Shown: piece after piece, positions 1-8,641 of the stretch | How the letters are laid out: each line of letters starts with the position of its first letter | Numbering within the stretch: position 1 is the stretch's first letter | Origin: Alphaproteobacteria bacterium | GTDB lineage: Bacteria; Pseudomonadota; Alphaproteobacteria; Rs-D84 | Direction of reading: 5' to 3' | DNA length: 64,000 nt | Assembly (NCBI GenBank): GCA_017471445.1 | Contig: JAFUTJ010000015.1 | Span: forward strand, 25,352 to 89,351 | The notes under the pieces: model-generated | The model's database searches: none | The model's input: the letters and a program-made list of their open reading frames with translations, nothing else | What the model was told of the DNA's origin: nothing | Made by a program: the position numbers and the translations under genes

Positions 1-568
1 GTATTGTTGGCACCGCCCCCGCATCCATACGCGCAATAATTTCATCAACACTGATATCACGGTCACGCGCAAATTCACCGTATATACCCGTTGCAAAACC
101 CGCCGCCGATTGACGCGTACGAATTTCATCCATATCTGATGCAGTTAAAAAGCACGGATACGCATCCCCCCGGCGTAATAATTCCGCAGCCACCGAATGA
201 TAAATATCACGACGTTGCGACTGATAATACGGGCCATATTTCGGGTCATTGTTATATTCCAACCCAAAACGATGAATAGAATCAATTATAATTTTAACGG
301 CATCGGCAACCTCGCGCTTGGTGTCTGTATCTTCGATACGCAGCATAAACACCCCGCCCGATTGTGTGGCCAATTTGCAGTCAATCAATGCCTGATACAG
401 GCCACCGATATGCATGTAACCCGTGGGACTGGGGGCAAAACGTGTTACAAATGCGCCATCTGGTAATTGACGTGGCGGGAATATTTCTTCTAATTCTGCA
501 ATTGTATACTTTGGTGCGCCACCCAATACACGCGCAATCAAATCTTCGGGCAAACCTGTTCTCATCAT
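1..568 (-). CDS. gltX: Glutamate--tRNA ligase (GltX/GluQ family), N-terminal part; 3' end lies beyond the window start
   Basis: My reverse-strand translation from ATGATG at 568 gives MMRTGLPEDL...VTRFAPSPTGYMHIGG...RIEDTDTKRE...CFLTASDMDEIRTRQ. This shows a class I HIGH motif in the typical GltX context. An AAGGA RBS lies upstream. The ORF track missed it because it runs off the window edge. Confidence 0.75.
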   Translation of the reverse strand, partial: MMRTGLPEDLIARVLGGAPKYTIAELEEIFPPRQLPDGAFVTRFAPSPTGYMHIGGLYQALIDCKLATQSGGVFMLRIEDTDTKREVADAVKIIIDSIHRFGLEYNNDPKYGPYYQSQRRDIYHSVAAELLRRGDAYPCFLTASDMDEIRTRQSAAGFATGIYGEFARDRDISVDEIIARMDAGAVPTI

Positions 569-610
569 CAAATCCTTGTATTTTTTATAACGGCATTTTA
601 TACTAAATTC

Positions 611-1273
611 ATGGAAAAACAAGAAATAAGAACTTTTGGACGGCGGCACGGCAAAAAATTATCAGCGCGTCAAACGCGATTGATTGACGTGGTTTTGCCA
701 ACAATTTCATACAAGAACATACAAAATAACGATAAAATTATCTTGGAAATCGGATTTGGCGCAGGCGAACATCTGCGTGAATTGGCAATAAAAAATACCG
801 ATAAAATTATCATTGGGGCCGAACCATTTATCAATGGCGTGGCCAGTCTGTTATCATCAATAACCAATAATTCAGACGATATTTTGCCGGAATATTCCAA
901 TATTCGCGTCTGGGCCGATGATGTGCGCCAGATGTTACGCGATTCAGAATTAAAATTTGATGAAATTTGGATTCTGCACCCCGACCCATGGCCCAAGGCA
1001 AAACATGAAAAACGCCGGTTATTATCGGCCGAATTCTTAAATACACTGGGGCAACATTTAACACAAAACGGTGAAATTATAATCGGGACAGACCATTGGG
1101 AATATTATGAATGGATTGTTGACCAGTCACAAAAAACAAACTTAACCCGGCAAACACCGGAAATTAACACTATAAAAACCCGGTACCAAAATAAAAATAT
1201 GGCCGGAACAGACGCACCAAAATACCTGATACTTACAAAACCATTGCCAGCGTCACCGCAACCGGCAAAATAA
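611..1273 (+). CDS. trmB: tRNA (guanine46-N7)-methyltransferase
   Basis: 220 aa. It carries the SAM-binding LEIGFGAGEHL motif and the conserved HPDPWPKAKHEKRRL motif of TrmB. Confidence 0.9.
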   Translation: MEKQEIRTFGRRHGKKLSARQTRLIDVVLPTISYKNIQNNDKIILEIGFGAGEHLRELAIKNTDKIIIGAEPFINGVASLLSSITNNSDDILPEYSNIRVWADDVRQMLRDSELKFDEIWILHPDPWPKAKHEKRRLLSAEFLNTLGQHLTQNGEIIIGTDHWEYYEWIVDQSQKTNLTRQTPEINTIKTRYQNKNMAGTDAPKYLILTKPLPASPQPAK

Positions 1274-1481
1274 CATCACGCGCAATGTTATGCCGATGGT
1301 GCGAAATGCGCACAGGATGCTTGGCCGAATGGTGTGGCGCGCCACGCACAACACGAATCGGACGTGGACCATGTGTGTATTGTGTGTAATGTGGACGCGT
1401 TCCGTTGTGTAATGGCACATGCGCGACCGCGGTACCGGCACACAATGACACACACAATACAGTAATAAATATACGCTTCAT
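1233..1481 (-). CDS. Small secreted histidine-rich hypothetical protein (83 aa from MKRIF)
   Basis: It has a good signal peptide, MKRIFITVLCVSLCAGTAVA, followed by a His-rich tail (HVPLHNGTRPHYTQYTHGP...HHSAKHPVRISHHRHN). It overlaps the trmB 3' end by about 40 nt, so the call is tentative. Confidence 0.3.
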   Translation of the reverse strand: MKRIFITVLCVSLCAGTAVAHVPLHNGTRPHYTQYTHGPRPIRVVRGAPHHSAKHPVRISHHRHNIARDVILPVAVTLAMVL

Positions 1482-1492
1482 GTTTCCCCCAT

Positions 1493-2236
1493 CTATTTTG
1501 TAACAAAGAACCGCGCATCCCGTGCAATGCCTGGGCGCAACGCCAGAATTAACCGCCACACCTGTTCAATTCTGAATAAATTATTGCCCAATGTAAAATG
1601 AAACGCCCCATTCCACGTTGTCGCAGTATTTAACATACCATAAATTCGTCCCACAAAATCAGACTTACCACCCGTATCGCGAGCCAATGCCAACACAATC
1701 GCATCGGCACGAATCATTGATAAACTATCAAAAACCCGGCCCCAATCCCCAGAACCAATTTCCGATATATCAATACCGACGCATAATTTTTTATTAAAGA
1801 ACAAATCATCACGCACAATATGAATTTGCCGACAAAAAACTGCCAAGTCTGCCATACTTAAAAACACCTGGACACCACATGCACCGGCCTTGAATGCGGC
1901 GTTTGCGTTTATGGCCAATTCTGATATTGCGGCATCCATTGTTGTCGCATCTGTTTTCAGATAAAAACGCGCAAGTATCTGGGGACACTTGTGTTCCAAC
2001 CATGGCCACACAACCGAAATATTTGACGGTGCAACCGATATTAAATCGCACCCCATTTCAACCGCCGATGCCGTGGCGGCCGCCAAATCGCCCCCAGACA
2101 CATCTGATGGCACCCATGCCGCGATACCACCACCAATTTCAGAAAAAATCGTATCAGATTTAATATCTATCATTATGCTTTTTAGTTTATCATAAATATG
2201 ATACAATTGAAACATATGAAAAATAATTTTGAGCAT
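1493..2236 (-). CDS. Hypothetical protein (start uncertain; possibly the internal MIDIKSD start at 2173)
   Basis: 247-aa ORF with coding-like composition that fills the gap between flanking genes. I recognise no motif in it. Confidence 0.45.
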   Translation of the reverse strand: MLKIIFHMFQLYHIYDKLKSIMIDIKSDTIFSEIGGGIAAWVPSDVSGGDLAAATASAVEMGCDLISVAPSNISVVWPWLEHKCPQILARFYLKTDATTMDAAISELAINANAAFKAGACGVQVFLSMADLAVFCRQIHIVRDDLFFNKKLCVGIDISEIGSGDWGRVFDSLSMIRADAIVLALARDTGGKSDFVGRIYGMLNTATTWNGAFHFTLGNNLFRIEQVWRLILALRPGIARDARFFVTK

Positions 2237-3151
2237 ATTTTGTTAGGATTATTATGGTTAATGGCCGCAACATTGGGGGGCTGTTTTTGGTTTAATACAT
2301 ACTTTGGATTTAATATTTTTTCGGTTCAGCATTGGCAATACCTGGGGTATGTTCAGGCAAATCACATTGCAATTAAACCGATGTTTTATATTTCTTTGGT
2401 TGTGGTTGGATTGATATTGATGGGTGGCATTTACTTTATATTGCGCCCACGGATGCGCCGAATTGTTCTGCCTGTGCGTGCGAAACATGATTTTAGCACA
2501 AACGATTCCACGCCACCATTAATGCACAACCCATATGATGGAACCGTAACAAACAATACTGGCCCCATCGCGCCAACATCAGAATTATCACCAACAAAAC
2601 CAAATGTGCCGATAAATACGCATACACCCACAACATTGCGGCCCCCACGCCTGAATATGCCAATCATATCACCAACAAACACGACCACAATACATAATAC
2701 GGCCCCTGCCCCGGCGCAACAGTCGGCGGCCTCGGATACGCCAGACATGTCACCAGACATCGAATCGATTTTTAGCGATAATGGTTATATAATAAAGCCA
2801 AGACCAAGAATCGGTGCCATAAAGACAAGTTTGTTTGCAATTGGTACAGACGATGTTTTATGGGTTGGCGGTTACGCCATTGACGCCGCAAAAATGCAGG
2901 CAGCCGTTGACCAGTTACAGGGTGTGTTTGATGATTTCTTGGAAGATGCAGAAATTGATGTACGCGCATTTGTGGTTGCACCAACCGCCCGCGAAAACGC
3001 AGACCAAGTTATGATATTTAACGACATGAATGATTTACGTGAATATATAACACAAAATCCAAATCCACCACTGGACGCGGATGAACGCGATAACTTTGAT
3101 TCATATTCTGACTTTATAACAACCGTCGCAGAATACATAGGCAAGATATAA
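2198..3151 (+). CDS. Membrane-anchored hypothetical protein with Pro/Thr-rich linker and C-terminal globular domain
   Basis: It has two N-terminal TM segments (LLGLLWLMAATLGGCFWF; FYISLVVVGLILMGGIYFIL), a low-complexity P/T/N-rich stretch, and a C-terminal domain of about 130 aa. Its stop overlaps the next start (TAATG). Confidence 0.5.
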   Translation: MIQLKHMKNNFEHILLGLLWLMAATLGGCFWFNTYFGFNIFSVQHWQYLGYVQANHIAIKPMFYISLVVVGLILMGGIYFILRPRMRRIVLPVRAKHDFSTNDSTPPLMHNPYDGTVTNNTGPIAPTSELSPTKPNVPINTHTPTTLRPPRLNMPIISPTNTTTIHNTAPAPAQQSAASDTPDMSPDIESIFSDNGYIIKPRPRIGAIKTSLFAIGTDDVLWVGGYAIDAAKMQAAVDQLQGVFDDFLEDAEIDVRAFVVAPTARENADQVMIFNDMNDLREYITQNPNPPLDADERDNFDSYSDFITTVAEYIGKI

Positions 3152-3657
3152 TGCAATTAAATAAAAATGCGGCCGAACGTTTAATCGCAGATTTAGGTAT
3201 GGACGACATGCCAATTATGGCCGTGCGCGCCGTACGTGTACCGGTTGCGGGCGATTGGTTTGCACGCTATAAAAATACGGTACGTCAATTCTTGGGGACA
3301 TTGACCGAATGTGTCCAAGAATTGGCATTTATGAATTTAACACAAGATGAATTTATGGAACTGATGATGGGACGGGCGGTGCCACCAAACTTGTCGGTAC
3401 GGTTTCGGATACCATTGGTATGGGGTGGCGATTTAAGTGTTGCAAACATGTTCATGTGTTACACGTTCCCACATTCGCATAATATGGACAGATTTATAAT
3501 TGCACAAACCGGTAATGATATTGTATGGGTACCAAACCCGGCAAAGAAAATCTATCTGCCGACACATACTGCCGGGGGGGGTGATGGCGGAAACGCAACC
3601 GAAGACCGATTGGCACAAATGGCGGCACAAATCGCACAAAACCGCGGAATGGAATAA
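3151..3657 (+). CDS. Hypothetical protein (168 aa)
   Basis: ORF translationally coupled to its upstream and downstream neighbours. No motif recognised. Confidence 0.5.
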   Translation: MQLNKNAAERLIADLGMDDMPIMAVRAVRVPVAGDWFARYKNTVRQFLGTLTECVQELAFMNLTQDEFMELMMGRAVPPNLSVRFRIPLVWGGDLSVANMFMCYTFPHSHNMDRFIIAQTGNDIVWVPNPAKKIYLPTHTAGGGDGGNATEDRLAQMAAQIAQNRGME

Positions 3658-3666
3658 AGGGTAAAC

Positions 3667-4101
3667 ATGACGCTGAATGAATTCTTGATTGATATAAAAT
3701 CACGCGGCGCATTGTTTTGGCCACGCGCGGCAATGCGCGATGTTACGATTGCCGACGCACAATTACAATCACATCGGTGTGCCCGGTTACCCGAATTTAT
3801 GATAAAACTGTATTCTGCAACCGCAGGTATTAATCTGGGCACAGGTTATATTTTTGGTCCAACAGAATTGGTCAAAGGGAACCTTTTTCCTGTGCCATCT
3901 ATTAACCAAATTAACGATGAAATGGTTGGCAACAATGTACTGCGCGGAATGACGATATTTGGGCGCAATGATTTATTTTGGTTCGCATTTGATGCATTTG
4001 GTACATGCTATATGTTGGATAACCTGGGGCTACGACAAATGCGAAAATATGACGACCCGTATCGTGCAATGATGGACTGTCTGGTCGCAGGGAAATATTA
4101 A
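3667..4101 (+). CDS. Hypothetical protein, possible SUKH (SMI1/KNR4)-like immunity-protein fold
   Basis: 144 aa. The LPEFMIKLYSATAGINLG ... FGRNDLFWFAFDAFGTCYMLDN pattern resembles SMI1/KNR4 signatures (LPxDYxxFL...NG ... ia.dg.GnxyclD). This is recognition by eye only. Confidence 0.4.
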   Translation: MTLNEFLIDIKSRGALFWPRAAMRDVTIADAQLQSHRCARLPEFMIKLYSATAGINLGTGYIFGPTELVKGNLFPVPSINQINDEMVGNNVLRGMTIFGRNDLFWFAFDAFGTCYMLDNLGLRQMRKYDDPYRAMMDCLVAGKY

Positions 4102-4104
4102 TAA

Positions 4105-4305
4105 ATGAAAAAACTGTCTGTATCTTTGACCGGTCACCAAACCAGCATTTCGCTGGAACCAGAATTTATTACCGAATTACGAAAAATTGCCGACAAAGAT
4201 AACAAATCAGTCGCAGCAATAATTAACGAAATTGACAGGACACGAAACCGAACAAACCTGTCATCGGCAATACGCGTGTGGATTCTGAAACGGGTTACGG
4301 ATTGA
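4105..4305 (+). CDS. Ribbon-helix-helix domain protein (COG4321-type, often mis-annotated aryl-sulfate sulfotransferase)
   Basis: 66 aa. The motif MKKLSVSLTGHQTSISLEPEFITELRKIA...SVAAIINEID matches the conserved KRSISLsGHkTSISLEdeFW signature of this alphaproteobacterial RHH family. Confidence 0.7.
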   Translation: MKKLSVSLTGHQTSISLEPEFITELRKIADKDNKSVAAIINEIDRTRNRTNLSSAIRVWILKRVTD

Positions 4306-4449
4306 TGGTTATTGGTTGTTGGTAAATCGTGGCTAATTCCTGATTTGTTTATCAGAACGCTGTCATTTTCCGGCCTGATGACCGGGAAAGCCCAGTTAAT
4401 AAAAAATGCCGCGCACGAAATGCGCAGGCAGATACTATTAACTATTCTC

Positions 4450-5343
4450 TTAATTTGTTGGTACCAATTTTCCGCCCTGCATCTTTACTGCACTAATCCA
4501 ACATGTTGCGCCATTGCGTGGAACCGCCATGGCGTATTTTGTATGCTTTTCCGCATAAATATTTATGCCATTCATTGCCGTTTCGCCAATCCGACACAGC
4601 GGCAGGCACCGTCCATCACTTGTATGCCCATACCCCGCATCGCATTCCCAACAATCACGCGGTGTTAATGCGGTACCAGATACCCCCGGCATATTGGCAT
4701 AATGTGAATTTGGTGGCATATTTGTACAATCACGTATACCGGTGCAAATATAATTTTTTGTACTTCGACTATCACATCCATATATTTCGACCGCACCCGT
4801 AATTGGGTCATTATAGTATTCTTGTATGATATATGCGTTTTGTGAATCTGAATAAAACGCCTCGGCAAAAATACTGTTATGGTCGTCTGCGACCTTAAAA
4901 TTGTAATAACATTCTGTTATGTTTTTGGCGGTTAAAGACTTCGTTCGTGGCACCTTATAAACTGCAAACAAATAAATATCATTATAATCTTTGTAATATA
5001 CTTCCCATCCCCATGTTTTTTTGGGACATTCATATCGCGTATCATCCCCCGGGCAATAGCCGTATGCGACTTCTTTGTGCAGAACCACATCATTACATGT
5101 AATACATCTACCGTTTGACAAATAATACCCGGCATCGCATGTTGCAGCATTGGCAACGCCAATGCTGCAACAAAGTGCAATGAGCAGAGAACAAAAAGTA
5201 ATTTTTAATTTACACGCATGCCTTGTATGCGGATTTTTATTCACCCAGATTCCACGGTCAGGCCATAGAATTACATCAAATATTTTTTGCATCGTTGCTT
5301 TTTTGGATACAACTGAACTCTGAACACTGACAACTGTTGTCAT
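4450..5343 (-). CDS. Secreted cysteine-rich protein, family A paralog 1 (conserved C-terminal module)
   Basis: Signal-peptide h-region FCSLLIALCCSIGVANA. The mature N-terminus is ATCDAGYYLSNGRCITC. The C-terminus CWECDAGYGHTSDGRCLPLCRIGETAMNGINIYAEKHTKYAMAVPRNGATCWISA..QGGKL is shared with two other genes. RBS GGGGGA lies before the ATG at 5343. Confidence 0.75.
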   Translation of the reverse strand: MTTVVSVQSSVVSKKATMQKIFDVILWPDRGIWVNKNPHTRHACKLKITFCSLLIALCCSIGVANAATCDAGYYLSNGRCITCNDVVLHKEVAYGYCPGDDTRYECPKKTWGWEVYYKDYNDIYLFAVYKVPRTKSLTAKNITECYYNFKVADDHNSIFAEAFYSDSQNAYIIQEYYNDPITGAVEIYGCDSRSTKNYICTGIRDCTNMPPNSHYANMPGVSGTALTPRDCWECDAGYGHTSDGRCLPLCRIGETAMNGINIYAEKHTKYAMAVPRNGATCWISAVKMQGGKLVPTN

Positions 5344-5377
5344 AATTTCCCCCTTTCTGTTTCACGAATAAAAAATT

Positions 5378-5484
5378 CCGCGATGAAAAGCGCGGTCAGG
5401 GTGTTCAGAAAATCAAATCACACAATGACTCCTGTGGTCTTTTGCATTGCATTATAACCACAGGCACCCCAACCAAAATTAGGG
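5378..5484 (-). promoter_or_regulatory. Conserved structured 5' leader element of family A genes (copy 1)
   Basis: About 105 nt align position by position with 13245-13344, the same distance from the start codon. There are three helices with compensatory changes: CCTGTGG/CCACAGG versus CCATCGG/CCGTTGG; CCGCG/CGCGG versus CCGCA/TGCGG; CCCUAA/UUGGGG with a G-U wobble versus CCCCGA/TCGGGG. Confidence 0.5.
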
Positions 5485-5597
5485 ACATTAATATCGATGC
5501 AAAACATGGAATATTCTTTGAATTACGATGTTCGGCATCGGTGTGATAAAGGCTTTCTGACAGCCCCAAGGTTGATTTCCATCAAACCTTAATAAGT

Positions 5598-5626
5598 ATT
5601 ATATTTTATATGGTGTATAAAAACAA
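5598..5626 (-). promoter_or_regulatory. Candidate sigma70-like promoter for family A paralog 1 (TTGTTT-17-TATAAT on minus strand)
   Basis: Read on the minus strand: TTGTTT, a 17-nt spacer, then TATAAT. It lies about 110 nt upstream of the conserved leader element. This is pattern only. Confidence 0.25.
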
Positions 5627-5634
5627 TATCTAAA

Positions 5635-7254
5635 TTATTCTGATATTTCAACCGCGTCAATATATGTGCGATTAACTGATTCTATTTTTACCGGCTGAAA
5701 ATCTGATGAAATAATTGCCGTGTCATCACCGGCCGATGCAACTGTTATTATATTTTGAGAAACCGCAGGCACATTTGTCGATACCGACGTATTCCCACGT
5801 GCGCCGTATGTTTTTGCCTTATATTTACTGCGCATGCGTTCCGGTATGCGTATATAATTCATTGGGTTTATACCGCCTGATTCAATACCGCGGGCCGAAA
5901 CCGGCGACGCATAGCGTTGCTTTACATTATAAATCGGCGTAATAAAGTTTGTCGGTGCCGGACGTATAATGCGTGGCGTATCGGTTCCATTTAATTCCAT
6001 TATACGCAAACCACGTTCATTCACCCCATCTGGGGTCAAGCGCACCAATCCATCAATTCCAACATAGCCACTGGGGTCCATCAAATATGATGCCGCAACC
6101 CGTCCAGAATACAACATTCCAATGGCCAGATTTGTTGCATCATATCCAAACGTTGCCATGCGTGATGGTGTCACACCCGTTGCATCAGAATACAATGCGG
6201 TAAAGTTTGCATCTGGTTCTGGCAATGCCGGGTATTTCGCGCCATACATCGTAACATCGCGCACCAATGCCGCACCATCCCACAATGCCGTACCATAAAA
6301 GCGAACCCGTCGTGCATCAACACCATAGTACCGCAGGAAAGATGCAATTGTTTGTGAATCGTCGCCGTTGCCCAAGAATAAAACTGCATCATACGGAACA
6401 TCACCCAATGTATCACCACGCGAAATCGTACTCAATTGCCGGTTTATATCAGAACGTTCAATCGCGGTCAGATTTTCTGTGGTTAAAATATCAGACAATA
6501 TTTCACGTGCACGTTTATTCGCAGATACACGCGCGGCATTCATTGATGCATCAACCGCAATTGATTTAATTGATTCAGAATCTTTTTCCGTATAATACAA
6601 TAACCCAACAGTTGACACATCATACATATTTGCCGCAGAATACGCCACCGCCGCCATTGTGCGGCCCGAATTTGTTGATGGCGCAATCATAATAATACGT
6701 CGCGCACCATCACGCGAAATTTCACGAACGATTTCTTCTACGCTGTTTGTCGGCATTAACGCCATTGTCATGACACCATCACCCACCGCGGACGCATCCG
6801 ACGTAAACGACAATATTGGCATATTTGTCGGTTTTATTTCGCGCAAAGTACGTGCATCTGATGCAAACAACGGCCCAATTATAATTTCTGGATTATTTGA
6901 CATGGCGGACGAAAATGCAGACGACACCCCAGGTGTTGTATCATAAAAAGACACCGTCAAATTACCCGGCGCATTGCGCAACACAGCCATTTCGACACCG
7001 GCCTTGATTTGTTGCCCAATATCACCGGCCATACCACTGGTCGGTAACAAAACAGCCATTGCGTGCGCACCGGTTTCTGTACCATATTGTGTACCGTATG
7101 TTGAATATGCACCATATTGCATTTGCGCCGGTGTTGTTGTCGGCGTATTTGTGTATTCGGCCCCCCATTGGCCACCGCCGCCGCCACACCCGGCCAATGC
7201 CGTAATTATTGTGAACAAGAATAAAAATCTGAATATACGCATTGAAAAATCCAT
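5635..7254 (-). CDS. LpoA-like (LppC/COG3107 family) lipoprotein with periplasmic-binding-protein type I fold
   Basis: Lipobox LAGC. PBP-I-like stretches AMAVLLPTSGMAGDIG and IIGPLFASDARTL. It is divergently adjacent to rsmI, as yraM(lpoA)/yraL(rsmI) are in E. coli. No N-terminal TPR domain is evident. Confidence 0.55.
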   Translation of the reverse strand: MDFSMRIFRFLFLFTIITALAGCGGGGGQWGAEYTNTPTTTPAQMQYGAYSTYGTQYGTETGAHAMAVLLPTSGMAGDIGQQIKAGVEMAVLRNAPGNLTVSFYDTTPGVSSAFSSAMSNNPEIIIGPLFASDARTLREIKPTNMPILSFTSDASAVGDGVMTMALMPTNSVEEIVREISRDGARRIIMIAPSTNSGRTMAAVAYSAANMYDVSTVGLLYYTEKDSESIKSIAVDASMNAARVSANKRAREILSDILTTENLTAIERSDINRQLSTISRGDTLGDVPYDAVLFLGNGDDSQTIASFLRYYGVDARRVRFYGTALWDGAALVRDVTMYGAKYPALPEPDANFTALYSDATGVTPSRMATFGYDATNLAIGMLYSGRVAASYLMDPSGYVGIDGLVRLTPDGVNERGLRIMELNGTDTPRIIRPAPTNFITPIYNVKQRYASPVSARGIESGGINPMNYIRIPERMRSKYKAKTYGARGNTSVSTNVPAVSQNIITVASAGDDTAIISSDFQPVKIESVNRTYIDAVEISE

Positions 7255-7290
7255 TTATTTCTGTATCATTTTACTATAAAAGGATTTGTA

Positions 7291-8094
7291 ATGCAATCGG
7301 GGCTTTATATTGTTGGTACACCAATCGGGAATTTATCAGATATGTCACCACGTGCAATTGATGTGTTGACACATGCCGACATTATTGCCGCCGAAGATAC
7401 ACGCGTATTTGGCAAAATTGCCACACATTTTAATATAAAAACACCACGTGTATCATGTCACGAACACAATGAACGCGATGTTATTCCGGGATTAATTGAA
7501 AAAATATCAAACGGAATGGCGGTTGCATTTGTTTCTGATGCGGGCATGCCAGGCATATCAGACCCCGGTTTTCGCATTGTTCGTGCGGCGCGTGTTGCCC
7601 AATTATCGGTTTTTATTGTGCCGGGGCCAACGGCGGTAATATCTGCATTGGTGTTATCGGGTTTTGCAACCGACCGATTTACGTTTTGTGGTTTCTTTGA
7701 TGAAAAAAAATTGCGCGATGATAACAAAATTCGCCATACAATTGTTTATTACGAAAGTCCGAATCGCATAATATCAACGATTGCCGCAATGGCACGCGTT
7801 ATGCCAGAACGCCAGATTGCAATCGTTCGCGAAATAACAAAAATTCACGAAGAAACTATTATCGGTTATCCATCTGATTTATTAAATATAACGCCACCAC
7901 GTGGTGAAATTGTTATTGTTGTTGCGCCGGCCCCAGAACACAAAATGACAGATAATGAAATATCTGATATCGTAAATGACATCGCGGCAACGTCGACAAA
8001 ACAGGGTGCAGCCGATTTAGCGGCACGCACCGGCATATCCAAGAAAGAGGCATATAAACGTATGCTAAAACACGGAACAGGTAATGATGATTAA
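7291..8094 (+). CDS. rsmI: 16S rRNA (cytidine1402-2'-O)-methyltransferase
   Basis: N-terminus LYIVGTPIGNLSDMSPRAIDVL..ADIIAAEDTR is the tetrapyrrole-methylase-like RsmI signature. Confidence 0.9.
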   Translation: MQSGLYIVGTPIGNLSDMSPRAIDVLTHADIIAAEDTRVFGKIATHFNIKTPRVSCHEHNERDVIPGLIEKISNGMAVAFVSDAGMPGISDPGFRIVRAARVAQLSVFIVPGPTAVISALVLSGFATDRFTFCGFFDEKKLRDDNKIRHTIVYYESPNRIISTIAAMARVMPERQIAIVREITKIHEETIIGYPSDLLNITPPRGEIVIVVAPAPEHKMTDNEISDIVNDIAATSTKQGAADLAARTGISKKEAYKRMLKHGTGNDD

Positions 8095-8641
8095 ATTTGT
8101 TGGTGGATTTGATGACACGTCAAAATTGCCGAACACGGCATTTGCCGAATATGCGTTTGTTGGGCGCAGTAATGTTGGAAAATCGTCACTGATTAATGCA
8201 ATTGTGCGTGAAAACATTGCGCGCACATCAAATACCCCGGGACGCACACAGACAATGAATTTCTTTAACATTGGCGACCGAATAATGATTGTTGATTTAC
8301 CGGGGTATGGGTATGCACGGGTGGCACGGGAACGCGCAATTTCATGGGTGGAACGATTAGACAAATATCTGCGTACGCGGCGACAGTTAAAACGATTGTT
8401 TATACTGATTGATTCGCGTATTGGGCCACGTGATGCAGATTTGGATTTAATGGATTTTTGTGACACAAACGCAATACCATATCAAATTGTTTATACCAAG
8501 ATTGATAAACGCATACGTGAAAAAGACCAAATTAAATTATCACACGAAACCCATGGTGCGATGATTCCACAAATACTGGAAACATCCGCGGAAAAAAGGA
8601 TTGGCATTGACGGGCTAAGGGCAATAATTGGCATCAAATAA
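8084..8641 (+). CDS. engB: Ribosome biogenesis GTP-binding protein YsxC/EngB
   Basis: G1 motif GRSNVGKSSLINA, then TPGRTQ and DLPGYGYA motifs. It overlaps the rsmI end. Confidence 0.85.
   Translation: MMIKFVGGFDDTSKLPNTAFAEYAFVGRSNVGKSSLINAIVRENIARTSNTPGRTQTMNFFNIGDRIMIVDLPGYGYARVARERAISWVERLDKYLRTRRQLKRLFILIDSRIGPRDADLDLMDFCDTNAIPYQIVYTKIDKRIREKDQIKLSHETHGAMIPQILETSAEKRIGIDGLRAIIGIK

Noticed and set aside
4312-4668. Plus-strand 118-aa ORF overlapping the 3' end of family A paralog 1
   Set aside because: It is antisense to the conserved C-terminal module shared by three paralogs. No RBS or motif.
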